From positions 161,072 to 225,071 of the forward strand of contig MNCI01002045.1 of assembly GCA_015680685.1 (NCBI GenBank): DNA of 64,000 nucleotides. The letters are read 5' to 3'. The position numbers were made by a program, and so were the translations under genes. Positions 40,930-54,388 of this stretch are shown one piece after another (within the stretch, counting starts at the first letter, position 1; every line of letters starts with the position of its first letter). This DNA comes from Gnetum montanum (lineage: Eukaryota; Plantae; Gnetophyta). The notes under the pieces are model-generated. The model did no database searches. It had not been told where the DNA came from and saw nothing but the letters and a program-made list of their open reading frames with translations.

Positions 40930-43900
40930 TTGAAGTTGAACAATACTAACAATAGAGCATTTCATATCATAATCAAATTCATTATAGTTTGTGTTATGAT
41001 ACCAAACATCTAGGCAACATTTCCAAATAAAGAAGATAATCTCAAATAAGAGGATTTTCCGGGCTTTTTAAAGGTGACGCTTAACACAATAGAATGATTA
41101 GGAAGGAAGACTTGAGAGATTGACACCATTTCCAAATGTGTTGAGAGAATGAGCAATCCCAAAAGACATGTTGAAAAGAGTCATCCGCTTTACAAATGGG
41201 GCATTTAGGATGATCAATTCCTAAGAGATGAAGCCTATGTCCAATGGGAAGACCTTGATGAACCAAGGACCAAAAAAAGAAACAATGCTTAGGTTGGGCC
41301 TTGGAAGTCCAAATCTGACAAAAAATAGTTTTCCACTGGTGGTCCTCAAGATGTAAACTCCAACGTCTATTTAGAGTGGAGAATTGAAAAACTTGCGCAT
41401 GAAACCAAGATTTGGCTTTAGAGATGCGTAAAGAGCGAAGAGGGGAACCGTCAGGCCAAAACCAATCATCATACCAAGGAGTATTAGTATGCAACTTATG
41501 CACAGCAAAGTTGGAAAGAACTTGCTCTATGTGTTGGTAAATGATAATATCTTGTCTTTGAAACCCCCATTTTACTTTCGCATGTGTCCAAGAGAGGGTA
41601 GGAGAATCATTTCTAACAGTATATAATTGATCAATATGGTGGAGATTGTGATTAGCAAAACGATTAGCTCTACGAGAGAATTCATCATAAAGACAACCTC
41701 CATTCTTTTTAAAAATAGGGGACCACCAGATCAAGTGTGTCAACAGAGAGTGCAAGCTTATCTGGGAAGGTTTCCATTGCAACAAACCTCTAAGTCGGCT
41801 CCAACACCGCCAAATTTGCTTAAACCAGAAAGAACCTTTGGTCTTCTAAGAGCCTTCACTAATGATCCAATTGCTCCAATGAGTATTTTGCTATCTATGA
41901 TGAATACCAAGACAAGAGATGTTATGCCTAAAAAGGATCTTCCAAGCTTCATCTCCTTCAATACACCAAGTCACCCATTTGGAGGCCAAGAGAATACTCT
42001 GGTGCTCAATAGAGGCAAGGCCTAAGCCCCCGTGTTCTTTACTTAAAGTGCAAGTATCCTAAGCTACTCGATGAAAAGCTTTGTGATCATCCTTATCCCC
42101 CCAAAGGAAATTCCTAAGAATGTTGTTAATGCATTGAAAGGAAGATTTGGAAGGAGCCATAAAGGAAGAGTAATAGACATGAGTGGAGCTCAAAATATGA
42201 TTAACTACGATAAATCTACCTGCAAAAGATAAGGGTTTAGAAGCCCATTTCAAAGCTTTATGTTTCACCTTTCCCACCACATTGTTCCATATGGTAGTGA
42301 GAGTAGCAAATAAAGCAATAGGGATGCCTAAGAGGGTGAAATTATCAGTAGGAGATAGCCACTTGATATCAAAATGATAAGTCTAAGGAGGCCTAGGAGA
42401 GAAGCTAGATCGGATGGCTTGCGTTTTGTTCCAATTGATCTTAGCTCCTGAGGCTCTACAGTAGATATCTATGCAGTGCAAGGCAATGTTAAAATTATTA
42501 TGGTCCTCAATCAAAGTGATAAAAGTATCATCTGCAAACTGGCTATAAACAAGATCCTTTCCTTGTTGTGGAAGAGAGATACCTCTTAGCCGCATAGAAT
42601 CATTATGAGATCTAAGAATAGCTCCAAGAGCATCAGCAGCCAGGATGAAAAGATAAGGGGCTAAAGGGCACCCCTATTGAATTGATTTTTGAAGCTCAAC
42701 GACCTTAGAGAAGGATCTGTTAATGCAAATGATTGAAGGGGCCTCTGACAAAACAAGATCAATATGTCTTTCAAAAACATTACCTAAGTTATGGTGTTTG
42801 ACTATACTTTTTAAAAAGGACCAATCAAGCATGTCGTAAGCTTTAGCAAAATCGAGCTTAAGAAGAATGACATTTTGATTAGTGGAAGAAGCCCAATGCA
42901 AGCCCTCAATAGCAATAACAACGTTGTCTAAAATATACCTGCCTTGAACAAAACCAGTGCTCCTTGCTTATAAGATGAGGAAGAAAAGGTTTAAGTTTAT
43001 TAGCTATAGCTTTGGCAACTATTTTACAGATAACATTTAAAAGAGTGATAGGGTGCCAATTACTTATGCTCATGTGATCTCCTAACTTGGGGAGAAGCTT
43101 AATAATACCAGCATTAATCTACTTACCAAAGGATCCTTCCCTAAGAGCTTCCTTATACACACTATAGACAATGTCTTGAAGAGTAGGCCAGAATTTCTTA
43201 AAAAATTCTATGGGCAGGCCATCCATACCAGGGGCTTTACCACTGTGGAGTTGTTGAAGAGCATTACCAAGATCCTATTTGGAAATAAGAGAAGCATCAC
43301 CAAAGATGAAACAATTAAAAGGAGTAATAGCTCCTAAGTAAGTATTAACTACAATGGGGTCAGTCCCCTCTTTTCGAAAAGTTTGAGAGTAGAACTCAAA
43401 GAAGGCCTGTAAAATGTCATCCTTGGAGGTGAAGATATTATCTTCGACTTGAATAGCTGGAATTTTATGGGATGGGTTACCCCCTTTGAGGAGACGAAAA
43501 AAGCCCTTAGTAGCCTGGTCACCCATGCGGAGCCAAGAGAGATGAGCACGGAGGTGAGCACCTCTAGCTTCATAGTGATCCATTATATGTAAGTTCTCTT
43601 TGGCAAGTTTTAAACGACTAAAGTGAGCCTCAGCAGCTTCATCTTTATTAATGGTATTTTGAAGAAAGGAGATTTCCTTATGAAGGTTGGACTTCTGAAA
43701 ACTTAGTCGTGAAGCCACCAATTTACTTGCATGTTTGGAAAACCGTTGGAGGTGGATATAAGCATTATTCCACCAATCAATCCAATCATCTTCATCAAGG
43801 GGTTTAGGATGCAAATTCCATATTTGCATCAATAGAGAGCAAAGGGAGTTACTATGAAGAAAGGTAGTGTTAAAAATATAAAGATTGTTAGAAGAGTAGG

Positions 43901-45000
43901 AGTTCCCAGAGTGGGAAAGAGACCAATGAATAGGATAATGATCTGACAAAACCTGGGTATAATCTACTTAGACAGGGGCACTGTTGGTAGAAGTAAAATG
44001 AATGAGGGGATTAGTAGATAGATAAACCCAATCCAACTGAGAAGAGATGTAGGAAGCACCATATCTAGCGTTACTCCAAGTAAACTAATTAAAAGTACTA
44101 GAAGAAGAATAGTTTTCATTAGCTTCTTGCAACTTTAATTGACGTTTCATTGAGAGCCACTCAGAAAGCTCCTTGTTATCTAAACCACCTCTTTGCCCTC
44201 CAAATTTATCCTTTGGATGCTCAGTCATGTTGAAGTCCCCTGCAATAATCCATTTAGCTTTGGGTAAGTTGTGCTTGAGCCAATTCCACAAGAGCTTCTG
44301 ATCAGTTGAGTGACAAGGAGCATAAATNAAGATTGAATCCTTGGATTTTAACTTCCTGAAGACAAACAATGTCAAAGAAATGTCTTCGAATATAATCTCG
44401 AACTATATATCATCTACGAGGGTTCGAGAGGCCCCTAACATTCCATGAACAACACTTCATTGGGTTTGTGTAGAAGAAGGAGGATCCTCCTCAACAACCA
44501 AGGCCTTAAAAGAATTCTTAGATTCAAAGTTGTTAACTAGAGGACATCGAGCACTAGTTATTTTGTTAATAGACTGGCTAGCACCAATCGATGATCGATG
44601 CCCTTTAGGGAAAGCACTAAAGATAGGGTTATCAGGTGTGACTGAGGCATAAGATTTCCAGGTAACATGCTTCCAGCCACTAGTAGCATCTTTTGGGGCC
44701 CCTTCATGGTTAAGAGGAGTCTTAGTGGCATCAGTATCCTCAATTCTCATATCTTCCACGTCGAACACCTTAGAATCCGAAGAAGAAGGTTTAGTTGAGT
44801 GAACCTCAACAGTATCCTTGCCTATGTCCTAAGATATGTTTTGATTTTTTAGTTCTTTACTAACTTGTTTTGCTAAAATTCGCTCAGCTTCAAGCTTAGC
44901 TAGTAACTTTGGACATTGAGCTTTACGGTGGTTCGGATCAAGACAGTAGTAACAACGGTTAGGAAGTGTAAGATATGAAATTTCCTTCTTTGATTTTGGC
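40930..45000 (-). mobile_element. Degenerate L1-type LINE (3' part of ORF1 plus ORF2 endonuclease-RT-zf-RVT)
   Basis: ORF1 zinc knuckle LPNRCYYCLDPNHRKAQCPK near 44940. Endonuclease IYAPCH, WIIAGDFN, SDHYPI. RT KLDFAKAYD and YSQFADDT. zf-RVT CPICKADDSFQHVFWDC. Multiple stops and frameshifts; both ends approximate. Confidence 0.95.
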
Positions 45001-46270
45001 TATCACGAATGATTCCACCAATTTTATACGTCATCGTTCTTTCCAGCCTTTAATTTACTTGAGAAATGGTTGCGTTTCCGCTAGGAAGGAAAAGTTAGAA
45101 ATTTTTACATTAACAAGTGAGATGCAGGGAGGTTCTTTTCTCTCCATCTCTTCTTTCATCGAGAATGTCAAAAAGGTGAATTATAATAACAAAACACACA
45201 AGGGGGCAAAAGTGAAGGCATCAGCTCAAGACGAGAAAGGGTCCAACAAGATCAATCGAGGACAAGTCAATGAACTTGAACACGCAATAGGCATCTAGTC
45301 AAGTTTGTGTAAACTTTGAAAGGGTGAACTACGTGAATAAATAGAAGGATCGAGGCCCTCATGAGTAGACCTTTTCCATTTTTTATCCTTATTCCTTTGT
45401 CTCAATCTCCATAAGTATTGGGTCATAGGTAAATGTAGTTAGCAAGTTAATGGGACATGGGTTGCAACTTGGGAGAGACAGTGGGATGCAATGTGGAGAA
45501 TGGTTGGTGTAGAGGCAAAGGAGTGAGGGTTGCAGAATAGGTGGAAGATGTTGGGATAGTAGAAGGTGGAGGAGGAGAGGGTGAGTGAAAGCATTGGGCA
45601 AGTGCGATAGTAGTAGTTCAGTGTCTTTTTATGTAGACTATGGATGTATCTAGATGTTTGAACATTGTTTTGTATTGTGGTTAGACTTGAAACAATGTTT
45701 GTACCAACTGGAGAAATTTTCAAATTAAATAGGTTAACAAACTTTCCTGTAAAGGCTAAGGAGTGAAATATTTATCTTTAGCTCTACCAAGAGGGACATG
45801 TACATACACAAGTTGGCATTAATGAGTTAAGTCTTATTAGTGGTGGGATTGTCTAGCACAATGACATCTCCAAACTAACTAAAAATCTTAAAAGGTGAAT
45901 CCAAATTAGGAATAGTAGATGTAGTATGGAAGGATTGCTTGTTGTCGATGATGTCAAAACCCATTTCTCCATAAAGAGGAGTTGGTCCTCATAAGGCTAA
46001 GGACCCATAAAAAGAATCTCATTCATGGAAGCTTTTAAGTTGAAGGAGAAAAAGGTTCCATTACCTTTCAATGATGTGATTTGAAGTGCAAACCATGGCT
46101 ATCGCTTGTGTGTCCATTGAGAAATTTGTAACACCTTACTCATTATTTTTCTTTGCTTCTAAAGTTTAGGGGGGTGTTCGTACTTTGAAATAATTATGGT
46201 TCAAGCGGGGCCAAGTGTGGATGGAGTAGGGAGGAACATGTATGGTTTTGAACCCAAAATAATTGAAACA

Positions 46271-46378
46271 TAGGTGCATCCCAAGATTTATAGAAGTTTA
46301 TAACTTAGTGCTATCTAGGAGAATCAAACCTATGACTTGGGGTTACCAAGCCAAGAGTCGTACCATTAGGCTAACACT
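46271..46378 (-). mobile_element. tRNA-derived SINE-like repeat, family A (head plus body)
   Basis: GTGTTAGCCTAATGGTACGACTCTTGGCTTGGTAACCCCAAGTCATAGGTTTGATTC followed by GCACTAAGTTATAAACTTCTATAAATCTTGG. The body also occurs at about 19531-19570. Confidence 0.7.
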
Positions 46379-46728
46379 TGATGGTTGATTTGCTTCCAAA
46401 GTTAGTATCATTTATCATCTTTAAGTGTTCTTTATGTTTCACGTATGCTAAGTTATTAGCATGTATTGTATGGGTAGGTTGATGATGCTATATGATGTAT
46501 TATTCTTGGCTAAATGATGCATTAACCTACTTAAATGAAGTTGGCAAGTACAATGGATGATGGTGTGACATTGACATACTTTGGTAGGTAAAGCAACATG
46601 CATTGGTGGGTCTAGTAAAATGCATGCGCCTTGATATTTTGGTTGTCTGATACTATGTTTTGTATTATGTGAGATTAGAGATTAATATGGGCTAATAATG
46701 TTATTTAATATTCATGTTGGTTTATTGG

Positions 46729-47781
46729 TGATGAGAAATGGGTATCCCCTACATCGAACACATGAATCACAAGAGTTCATGTGCAATCTAGTCAAATTTT
46801 ATGGATTGAACTAATGTGGTATCTAGATTGTTAAGCATCGATCGTAGATCATTGTCTTCTCACTTGGATTAGTGGTAGCTTTGTCACGTATGATTTAGTT
46901 GAAAGTGAGACATATGATTATTTGATGTTATGCAGGCCTTAAACTAACTAAATAGTAATATAGAAATGAATCATTTAATCTAAACAATAATAAAATTAAA
47001 TCCTAAACTATCCTAAGGGCAATGAGTGTCTGTTCCCAGCTTTCTATACACATCCTGAACTCACATACCCACTACTGGGATTACCAAGTATTATGCTATT
47101 GGGTGAACCAAGAAATAATGCTGCTGGGATTACCAAGCGAATACATATTTACACTCGAAACTAGTTGTGTTCATTCCACCAATTGATTAACATGCATGAA
47201 AATGTAAATATTAACTAAAAACACGGAGAGTAAATTGCATTGAAAGTAAATCTATTCTAAATCAAAGGGCTACAATGAATATGAATCAATATCGATCTTA
47301 TTATCATTCATGGAATTATCCACATACAATGCCACTTGAATAAGAGGTCATACAACTAACACAAATCCATACTATAGGCACTCATTTACTATTTGCTAAG
47401 ATTTTGAAATAAAACTGCAAAAGTTTGGCTATGCTACTGACCAAATGATGTCAAATGCATAGCATGTGCTTGCATATTTATAAGCAAATATAGGGATTGT
47501 GTCGACAAGGATGTGTTAATGCATTTGGTTGCATTAACAAGGATGTGTCAATGGGGATACATAGACACAACTAAGTTGTAGAAAATGTGATATAGCATCT
47601 ACGATATAGTAGATGCAATATAGCATCTACAATGTAGTACCCAACTAAGATGCACTAACACAGATGCTACAACATAGATGCAATGTAGCATCTATGATAT
47701 CTCAGCCAACTAATACACTTGACAAAATGATGCTTCATCATGTCTCAACAACTCAACTACCTAACATATTAAGTTTCATCA
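46729..47781 (-). mobile_element. Solo LTR of the Athila-like group
   Basis: TGATGA...TCATCA termini with a perfect TSD ATTGG on both sides. The end resembles the LTRs at 53435 and 61001. Confidence 0.88.
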
Positions 47782-47876
47782 ATTGGTTTATGGCCTTTTG
47801 CATGAGATTGATATTTAGTATTAGTTTTATGTGAGAAAGGTAGTTATGATTAATGTGTTACTGATGGTTTACTATT

Positions 47877-48447
47877 TGATGAGCAGTGAGTACCCCTATG
47901 CTCAACCATACGAATCACTAAGCGTTCACGCGCGATCCAGTCGAATTCTGTGTACTCTATGTCTTCTAGTACACTAGCCTCCAAGAAGTGAATTTGCCCT
48001 AATAGTCATTTATTGCCTTCCCAATTATACTTGTGATATGCATAGGCATGGTTAAGTGTAATCGAGGTGTATGATTTTTGTTATTTGTATGTTTTATGTT
48101 TTGGGTGCTTAAAATACAGGATGAAAGGAATGAAGTAATTTAATTGCTAATTCAACCTAACTACCTAACCAATGTCTAACTAATCCTAACATAAGCATCC
48201 AATCCCACTTGCCATGCACATCCTGAACACATATAATGCTACTAGGTTACCACACGTTAAGCATTACTAAGATTACCAAGAGTCATGCACATGCACAAAG
48301 TGGCCATGTGCTTAATTAATCACTACTTAATCTAGCTTAATTTAGCCTAATTAAGTGTTTAATCACTTAAAGCATTAAAGGAAATTGCATAAAACATTAA
48401 ATGCAGAAATAAATTATTATTCTATTTCAAAGTGTTTCAAGGTAATG
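47877..48447 (-). mobile_element. Partial LTR of the Athila-like group, interrupted by the next element
   Basis: TGATGAGCAGTGAGTACCCCTATGCTCAACCATACGAATC is the reverse complement of the group's LTR end. Confidence 0.8.
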
Positions 48448-51400
48448 TGATGAGCGATAGGCATCCCATGCATCCAACCATACGAATCAGAAGCATTCAC
48501 TAGTGATTTGGTCAAATTCCATAGACTTAGTCACCTAAGTGGCCAATATTCCTAACTAGTTAATTATGTAGTTGCAAGGTCGTTGTTTTCTCAATCCACA
48601 CTTGTGTTTTATCTGTGTGTATGGTTAAGTGTGATTTAGGCATTAGATGTATATTTTTATAATTAATTTTAATATATGTTTTCCTCCTAATGGAAAAATG
48701 ATTGAGGGAAAGTTGAATGATTAATTATCTAACTAATTAACTACTTTCATTAACTAACTACCCTAATGTGGAGTATCCATTCCCACTTTTTGTACACATC
48801 CCAAAGTAGTATTAACAATATTGGGTTACCAAGTGGCTATTACTAGGCTTACCACATATCCACTATTAGGATTACCAAACATTAATACGTTATGCTTAAA
48901 GTGGTTGTATTTATGTGTTTATGAGTAATTATATTAACTAAATGAGAACATAAATAGAAAGTGCATGGAAAGTAAAGTGCTAAATAGAAATACTAAGCCA
49001 TTCTAAGTGCTCCAATGGATGCAGGGAATCTCAATTTTATTACTATTCATACTAATGCATTCATGTACATAGGTACTTGAATAAAACACTATGTAATCTC
49101 ATAAATCCATGTTGCAAGCACTCAAAGGAAAAATATTCTATCTTTACAAGTAGAAAACTATAAGGGTTCATCTAAGACTAAAATTGAAAGGTGTCATAAA
49201 TACAAGGAGTGCATGCATTTATATAGGTAGTAATTATGTCAATGTTGATGTATTTATGTCAATGCATCCTACCATGCATCGACAAGGATACGTCAATGGG
49301 GATGCATCAATGGCCATGCATTGATGCAACTTGTCTTATTGATGTCTCATCATACCCCCACAATTGATTAGGAACTCATGCTCAAGTGAACAAAAGCAAG
49401 ACTAAGCTTCTTACAAACTAGAAGATATAGGATTTATTAATAGAAGGATAGATTAACTAACTTCTAACTCAGTTTGAGTACCAAATTATACATTGTTTAC
49501 AAAAAATGAGTGTCCAACAAAATTGGACACTTTACAAAATCTTTAGCAAGCACTTGTAGAATTGTCAAAGACATAATACCTAGAGGTGGAGGATCTTAGG
49601 GCTTTGATAGTCCCTTGTCCTATCTTGGTGTTGATAGAGGTTAAGGTTGATGTGCTATTATCATTGATTCTACTAGAATCTTGAAAGCATCTAAGAGTGC
49701 TCTCATTTCTCTTCTTTTCTCCATGGATCATAAATAGTTCAAGGGGCTTCATCAGTGTGGGTTGGCGTAGGAATCTCCCATGAGCATGACATTGAAGAAA
49801 ATAATTCCTTCGCATTAATAAACCAAGCTACGAATTATTTATGTTCAACATTGAACATTTTTATTAGGTTCTACAACTCTTGGTAGTTATTCATCCTTCT
49901 AGCTAGGTTCTCAACAATAGATCGTTAATTAGTGAATCTACTTCTAAGAACTTTAAGCTCCATGTTGGCTATCTCTAACTTTTGTTTTGTTTCCTTATGG
50001 AGCTTGAATTCCACCTCATAGAGGAGGTAAGAACTAGCTCCCTACTTCTTCAATTCTATTGTTGGCCTCCTTGCTATCAGCATCATCAAGTTTGCATAAT
50101 GGAGGTTGGTGACCTCCATGTGCTTCATGATCTCTTCAATTTGCAACTCCTAGAATTTCTACATTGTTATATGCATTTAGTCTATTAAAGATGGGATGTC
50201 ATATGTTGCCTCTTTGCTAGACTTGCTAGAGTGTCTTGTTCATCTCTACATTTACTAATTGAATCTCCTTTTTGTTGATCTCCTTGAGGAGCCCAACCTG
50301 GTCCCTGTAGTGATTCTTTACATGTTTGAACTTCAAGGCTTCATTCTTCCATGTGACTATCTTAATTGTAGTCTTCTAGCGAAGAGCACAAGCTTCCGTC
50401 ATTGAGAGATTATAGTTTTCAGTTACCAACCTTCTCAGGTCTAGGTTCACCTTGGTGAGCTACTCCTATTGCTAGCATATTAATTCAACCATTTGGTCAT
50501 TTTGTTGCTTAGCATTGCATAGGTAGTGATTTTTCTTTAAAAGGATCAAATGTTTCTTCCAGACCTTTGATAGGTCTTTGTTAGTGTTGAAAATCATGGC
50601 TTCTAATAAGGACATGTTGAAGATCTTAGCCTCTTTTACATTCTCAACCTTTTGAAGTCTTTGTTGAAGCTATTGGAAAGCTTCATTCCTAGTAAGTTCA
50701 GGCATAAGAATAGTAGGGTTGAAGAGATGGGCTTAATATTCAACAACTTTGATGACCAACTATTGGTTGCAATGGCCTCTTAAGTTGTGTATTGGTGATT
50801 AGTAGTTTGCTCCTTGTCTCAAGCAACTATGATTAGTTTGTTGTAATGTCATCTGGAAGATTGAAGATCTCTAGAAGTGGTTTCCTAGCTTCAACTAGTC
50901 TTTCTAATACTTTCTTGTATTGGGCAGTGCTCATTTGGCCTCTTCCTACTCTTGTGGATGCACAGATGTCCACCATTGTAGCAATGTCAAGTACTAATGC
51001 CACAGGAGCATTCAAGGCTTCACCAACCCCATTAGCCATCACCTTTGTCATTGTCTCCTAGCCTTTATACTACATGACCAAGATGGTCTCCTCTTCACAT
51101 TCCTTCAACATGATAGAGAAGGCTATGGCATTTCCTAAAATCTCAAGAAATGTTTATCCAAGAATGGACACTATAATCTCTTGAGCACTTGGATTGGGCC
51201 TTGTGGATACCTAGTTCCTTTGGGCTGAGAATAGTGGGATAGTCTCACCTTCTAGCTAGTTGCTAATTCTTGAGAGCTTGTTTAAGTGGCTCATGATTGG
51301 ATGATAGATGGATGGTTCTGTAGCGCCTACAGAACTTTACTATTATTGTAGTAGCTACTCCCTAAGTTTCCTTAGTCATTCAACAATTACAAGCACCTTT

Positions 51401-54388
51401 GGCGTAGTCTCTAGAGCTATAGCTAATGGTGGTGATGGTTGCTTCTCTTCTTACAACTTTGCTACTATCTTATCCTTCATTATTTCTTGTCATGATGTGG
51501 TAGGACCATGGTAGACCACATCATTTGAGTAACAAGCTATTCCCTGCCTTTTCATAATGTGCAAATAATGCATGAAAAGAGGAGGGTCTTCATTCTCCTT
51601 CTCATTTCTCTTGAAACATTTCTCTATCTATAGGAAAATAAGCTAGGAGAGGTTGACTAGGATCACATGCTTGGGTAAAGAAAGTAGTAACTTTGCTAGG
51701 CATCACTGTTGGGTTCAGGTGATGAGTTGCTATTTTGAAGTATGTTCTCTTTGTCTTGATGAGAGCACTGTACTCTTTGCAATCTACTCATAGCATCGCT
51801 ACATCCATTCTTTTCTTACCTCCACATTTGCTTGTGTTAAAATTTCAACCAATTTGGTCATTATGTCTTGCAACCCAAGGGCCTCCATAATGGTCTCAAC
51901 CAAGTAGAAGATGATGATGTCTTTGATTTTCATTGACACATCTTCTTATTAATTGTTCTAGAATCAGTAAGTATCCCTCATGTATCAGTCTCCACTATTG
52001 GAGAGAATGGGCCACATAAGAGATCCTTGTAGTTGTGTACAGACCTCCTTTGATGCTAGCTCCAAGAAGGATCTAAAGTTTAACTGTTGAATAATGAAAC
52101 TCTAAACCTTCTTGGTCCTAATCTTCTCTAGGCAAGCCTCTATGAGAGTGACTTCTAAGCTAGGCTTTGGCTTAGGAACCTTATCCTACATGGATTGGCT
52201 TATTTTAGTAGTGGAAATGTAGTGAATAGTTTCCACTTTGGGCTCCTCTTGAAGGGGTATGGTGGCATGAGTCACTTTAGGTGCTTATTTTTGGAGCTAT
52301 TATGGTTGATGTTGCTAGCCCTTCCTCCTCTAGGTCACTTCTCCCTGGGCTACAAAGGCTCTCCTACTTGTAGTCCTCTTTTTAGTGCCATTATGATCAA
52401 AAGCATAATCTATGATTAACTTGTACTTTATAACCCTTAGTTATTTTGATACCTTTCTCATTAGACTAGATTATGTTTCATTTTTGGGTGTTAAGAGTTG
52501 ATCATTCAATACGTTGTTTGTGATCTTGGCTAGTTGGATTATTTTAATATTATTTTTTCTTAACTATTAGAGTTCATGTGATGGTCTTAATAATTTATGA
52601 TTTTTGATTTTAATATTATTTTGATGGGTTAACCATGGAAAGTCAAAAAAATTTCAAAAATTTTGGTACTAAAAACTAAAGGCTTATGTCCCCCACAATG
52701 TAGTGCTTACCTCTGGTAGTGTGAGGATTAAAAAATAGGTAAAATCAAGTTAGTGGTTGAAGAATTATGGTGCTTAGAAGGTGCTTGGGCTTTAATAAAT
52801 GGCAAAAACTCCTCTTGCTTATTTGAACAATGATGAAAAATGAGCTAAGTAGTACATGTATTTATACTATTTTTGTGCTACATCAATGAAGCTACATTGA
52901 CTAAGCTTATTACATTAATGAAGATGCATCAACATAGCTATGCATAGCTCAATTTTTCATAGAAAATAGGAGGAATTTTAGATGAATTCTAGAATGAAAC
53001 AAGAGTTCAATGAAAGCTAGAAAAATGTAGAATGATGACAAAAACTTAGAAGAGGGTAATGTTGGATCAAAAAAAGAGGTTTGATCAGTTTCAAATGAAT
53101 TTGAAATGTCAAAATAGAGCAAAACTAGATGTATAGATGTGGAATGATGGAATTGGTTGGACAATGGTCAAGGGGTAGGAAGTTTAATGTGAGTGAGACC
53201 AAAGAAAATGTAAGTGGATCCTCCTCAACACAAGCTTTATGCCCTTGATGTCATTGCATTCCTTCAAACCAAGGAGTCCATAGTCACCAAGGATGATTAA
53301 TGATCATTTCAAGTTAAAACTCATATCAAGTAAAGTAATTGTCTTAGGATTATGGGATCATCACAAAAAATGCATTAATTAATCATAATAAAAGGTAATG
53401 AAGTGGTTTGATATGAGTTGAGAATGATGGTCAATGATGAGTCGTCATTTGGGCGATCGCGATATTGCGGCCACGATATCACATCTACAATATTGCAGCC
53501 TGTCTCCTCATCTATAAATAAGAGGTAGACAGATGAGTTAAGGGAGGATTAGTTTTTAAGTTAGTTTTAGTTTAAGTGTTTTAATTTCTTTCTCTAAACC
53601 CTTTTACTCCCAATGTATGCCCATAGTGTGATGATTGTAATTGTATGACATCCTTTATTCGAGTGTAACGTACTTGGACACGCACATGACCGGCAATAAA
53701 GATTGAGATTACTTCATCATTGCAACATTCACTTAGATTAATTATTTATTTACTTGTTATTTACTACTTTCCTAATTAATCTCTCTCATCCTTAAACTCA
53801 TGTTAACGCGGAATGAGTACGACTTGATTACGAGCATTTAAGTGTGACTATTTGGTAACCTAGTAGCGTACCTAGGATCTGCGCTTGGTAATCCCAATGG
53901 TAGTTGTGCACAAAGTCCAAGATGTGTATGGATAATCAAGGAATGGAAGCTCATCGCACTTAGGCTAGCTAGATTCCTTCTTACCCTTCTCTCTTAGTTT
54001 AGTTAATATTATCATTTCCCATTACCTTTAGGAATAGCGTTAGGATTATAAACACATCATACACCTCACTCTGGACTAAACCATACATGACAAAGCTAAT
54101 ACTAGTCTAGGTGGGAAGATAGTGAACTGCAACCTAAGGCTAATTGTCTAGATGGCACAACTAGTCTATCTGCGAAGTTCGACTGGATCGCGCGTGTAAC
54201 GCTTGTATTCGTATGGTTGAGTGTAGGGGTACCTCACCACTCATCATTGGCGCCGTTGTCGGGGACGGTGCTAGTTATCTAGATTAGTTATATCATACAA
54301 GGTCGCTATATAGGAATTAACGATATATCCTTTACAAAAATAATAATTATTAAAAGTCACATATAAATTCACAGACATTTTCACAACC

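Noticed and set aside
41627-42025. Plus-strand 132-aa ORF
   Set aside because: Antisense shadow of LINE ORF2.
45000-46100. Extension of the LINE 5' region or a second LINE end
   Set aside because: No diagnostic motif recognised; cannot be assigned without a search.
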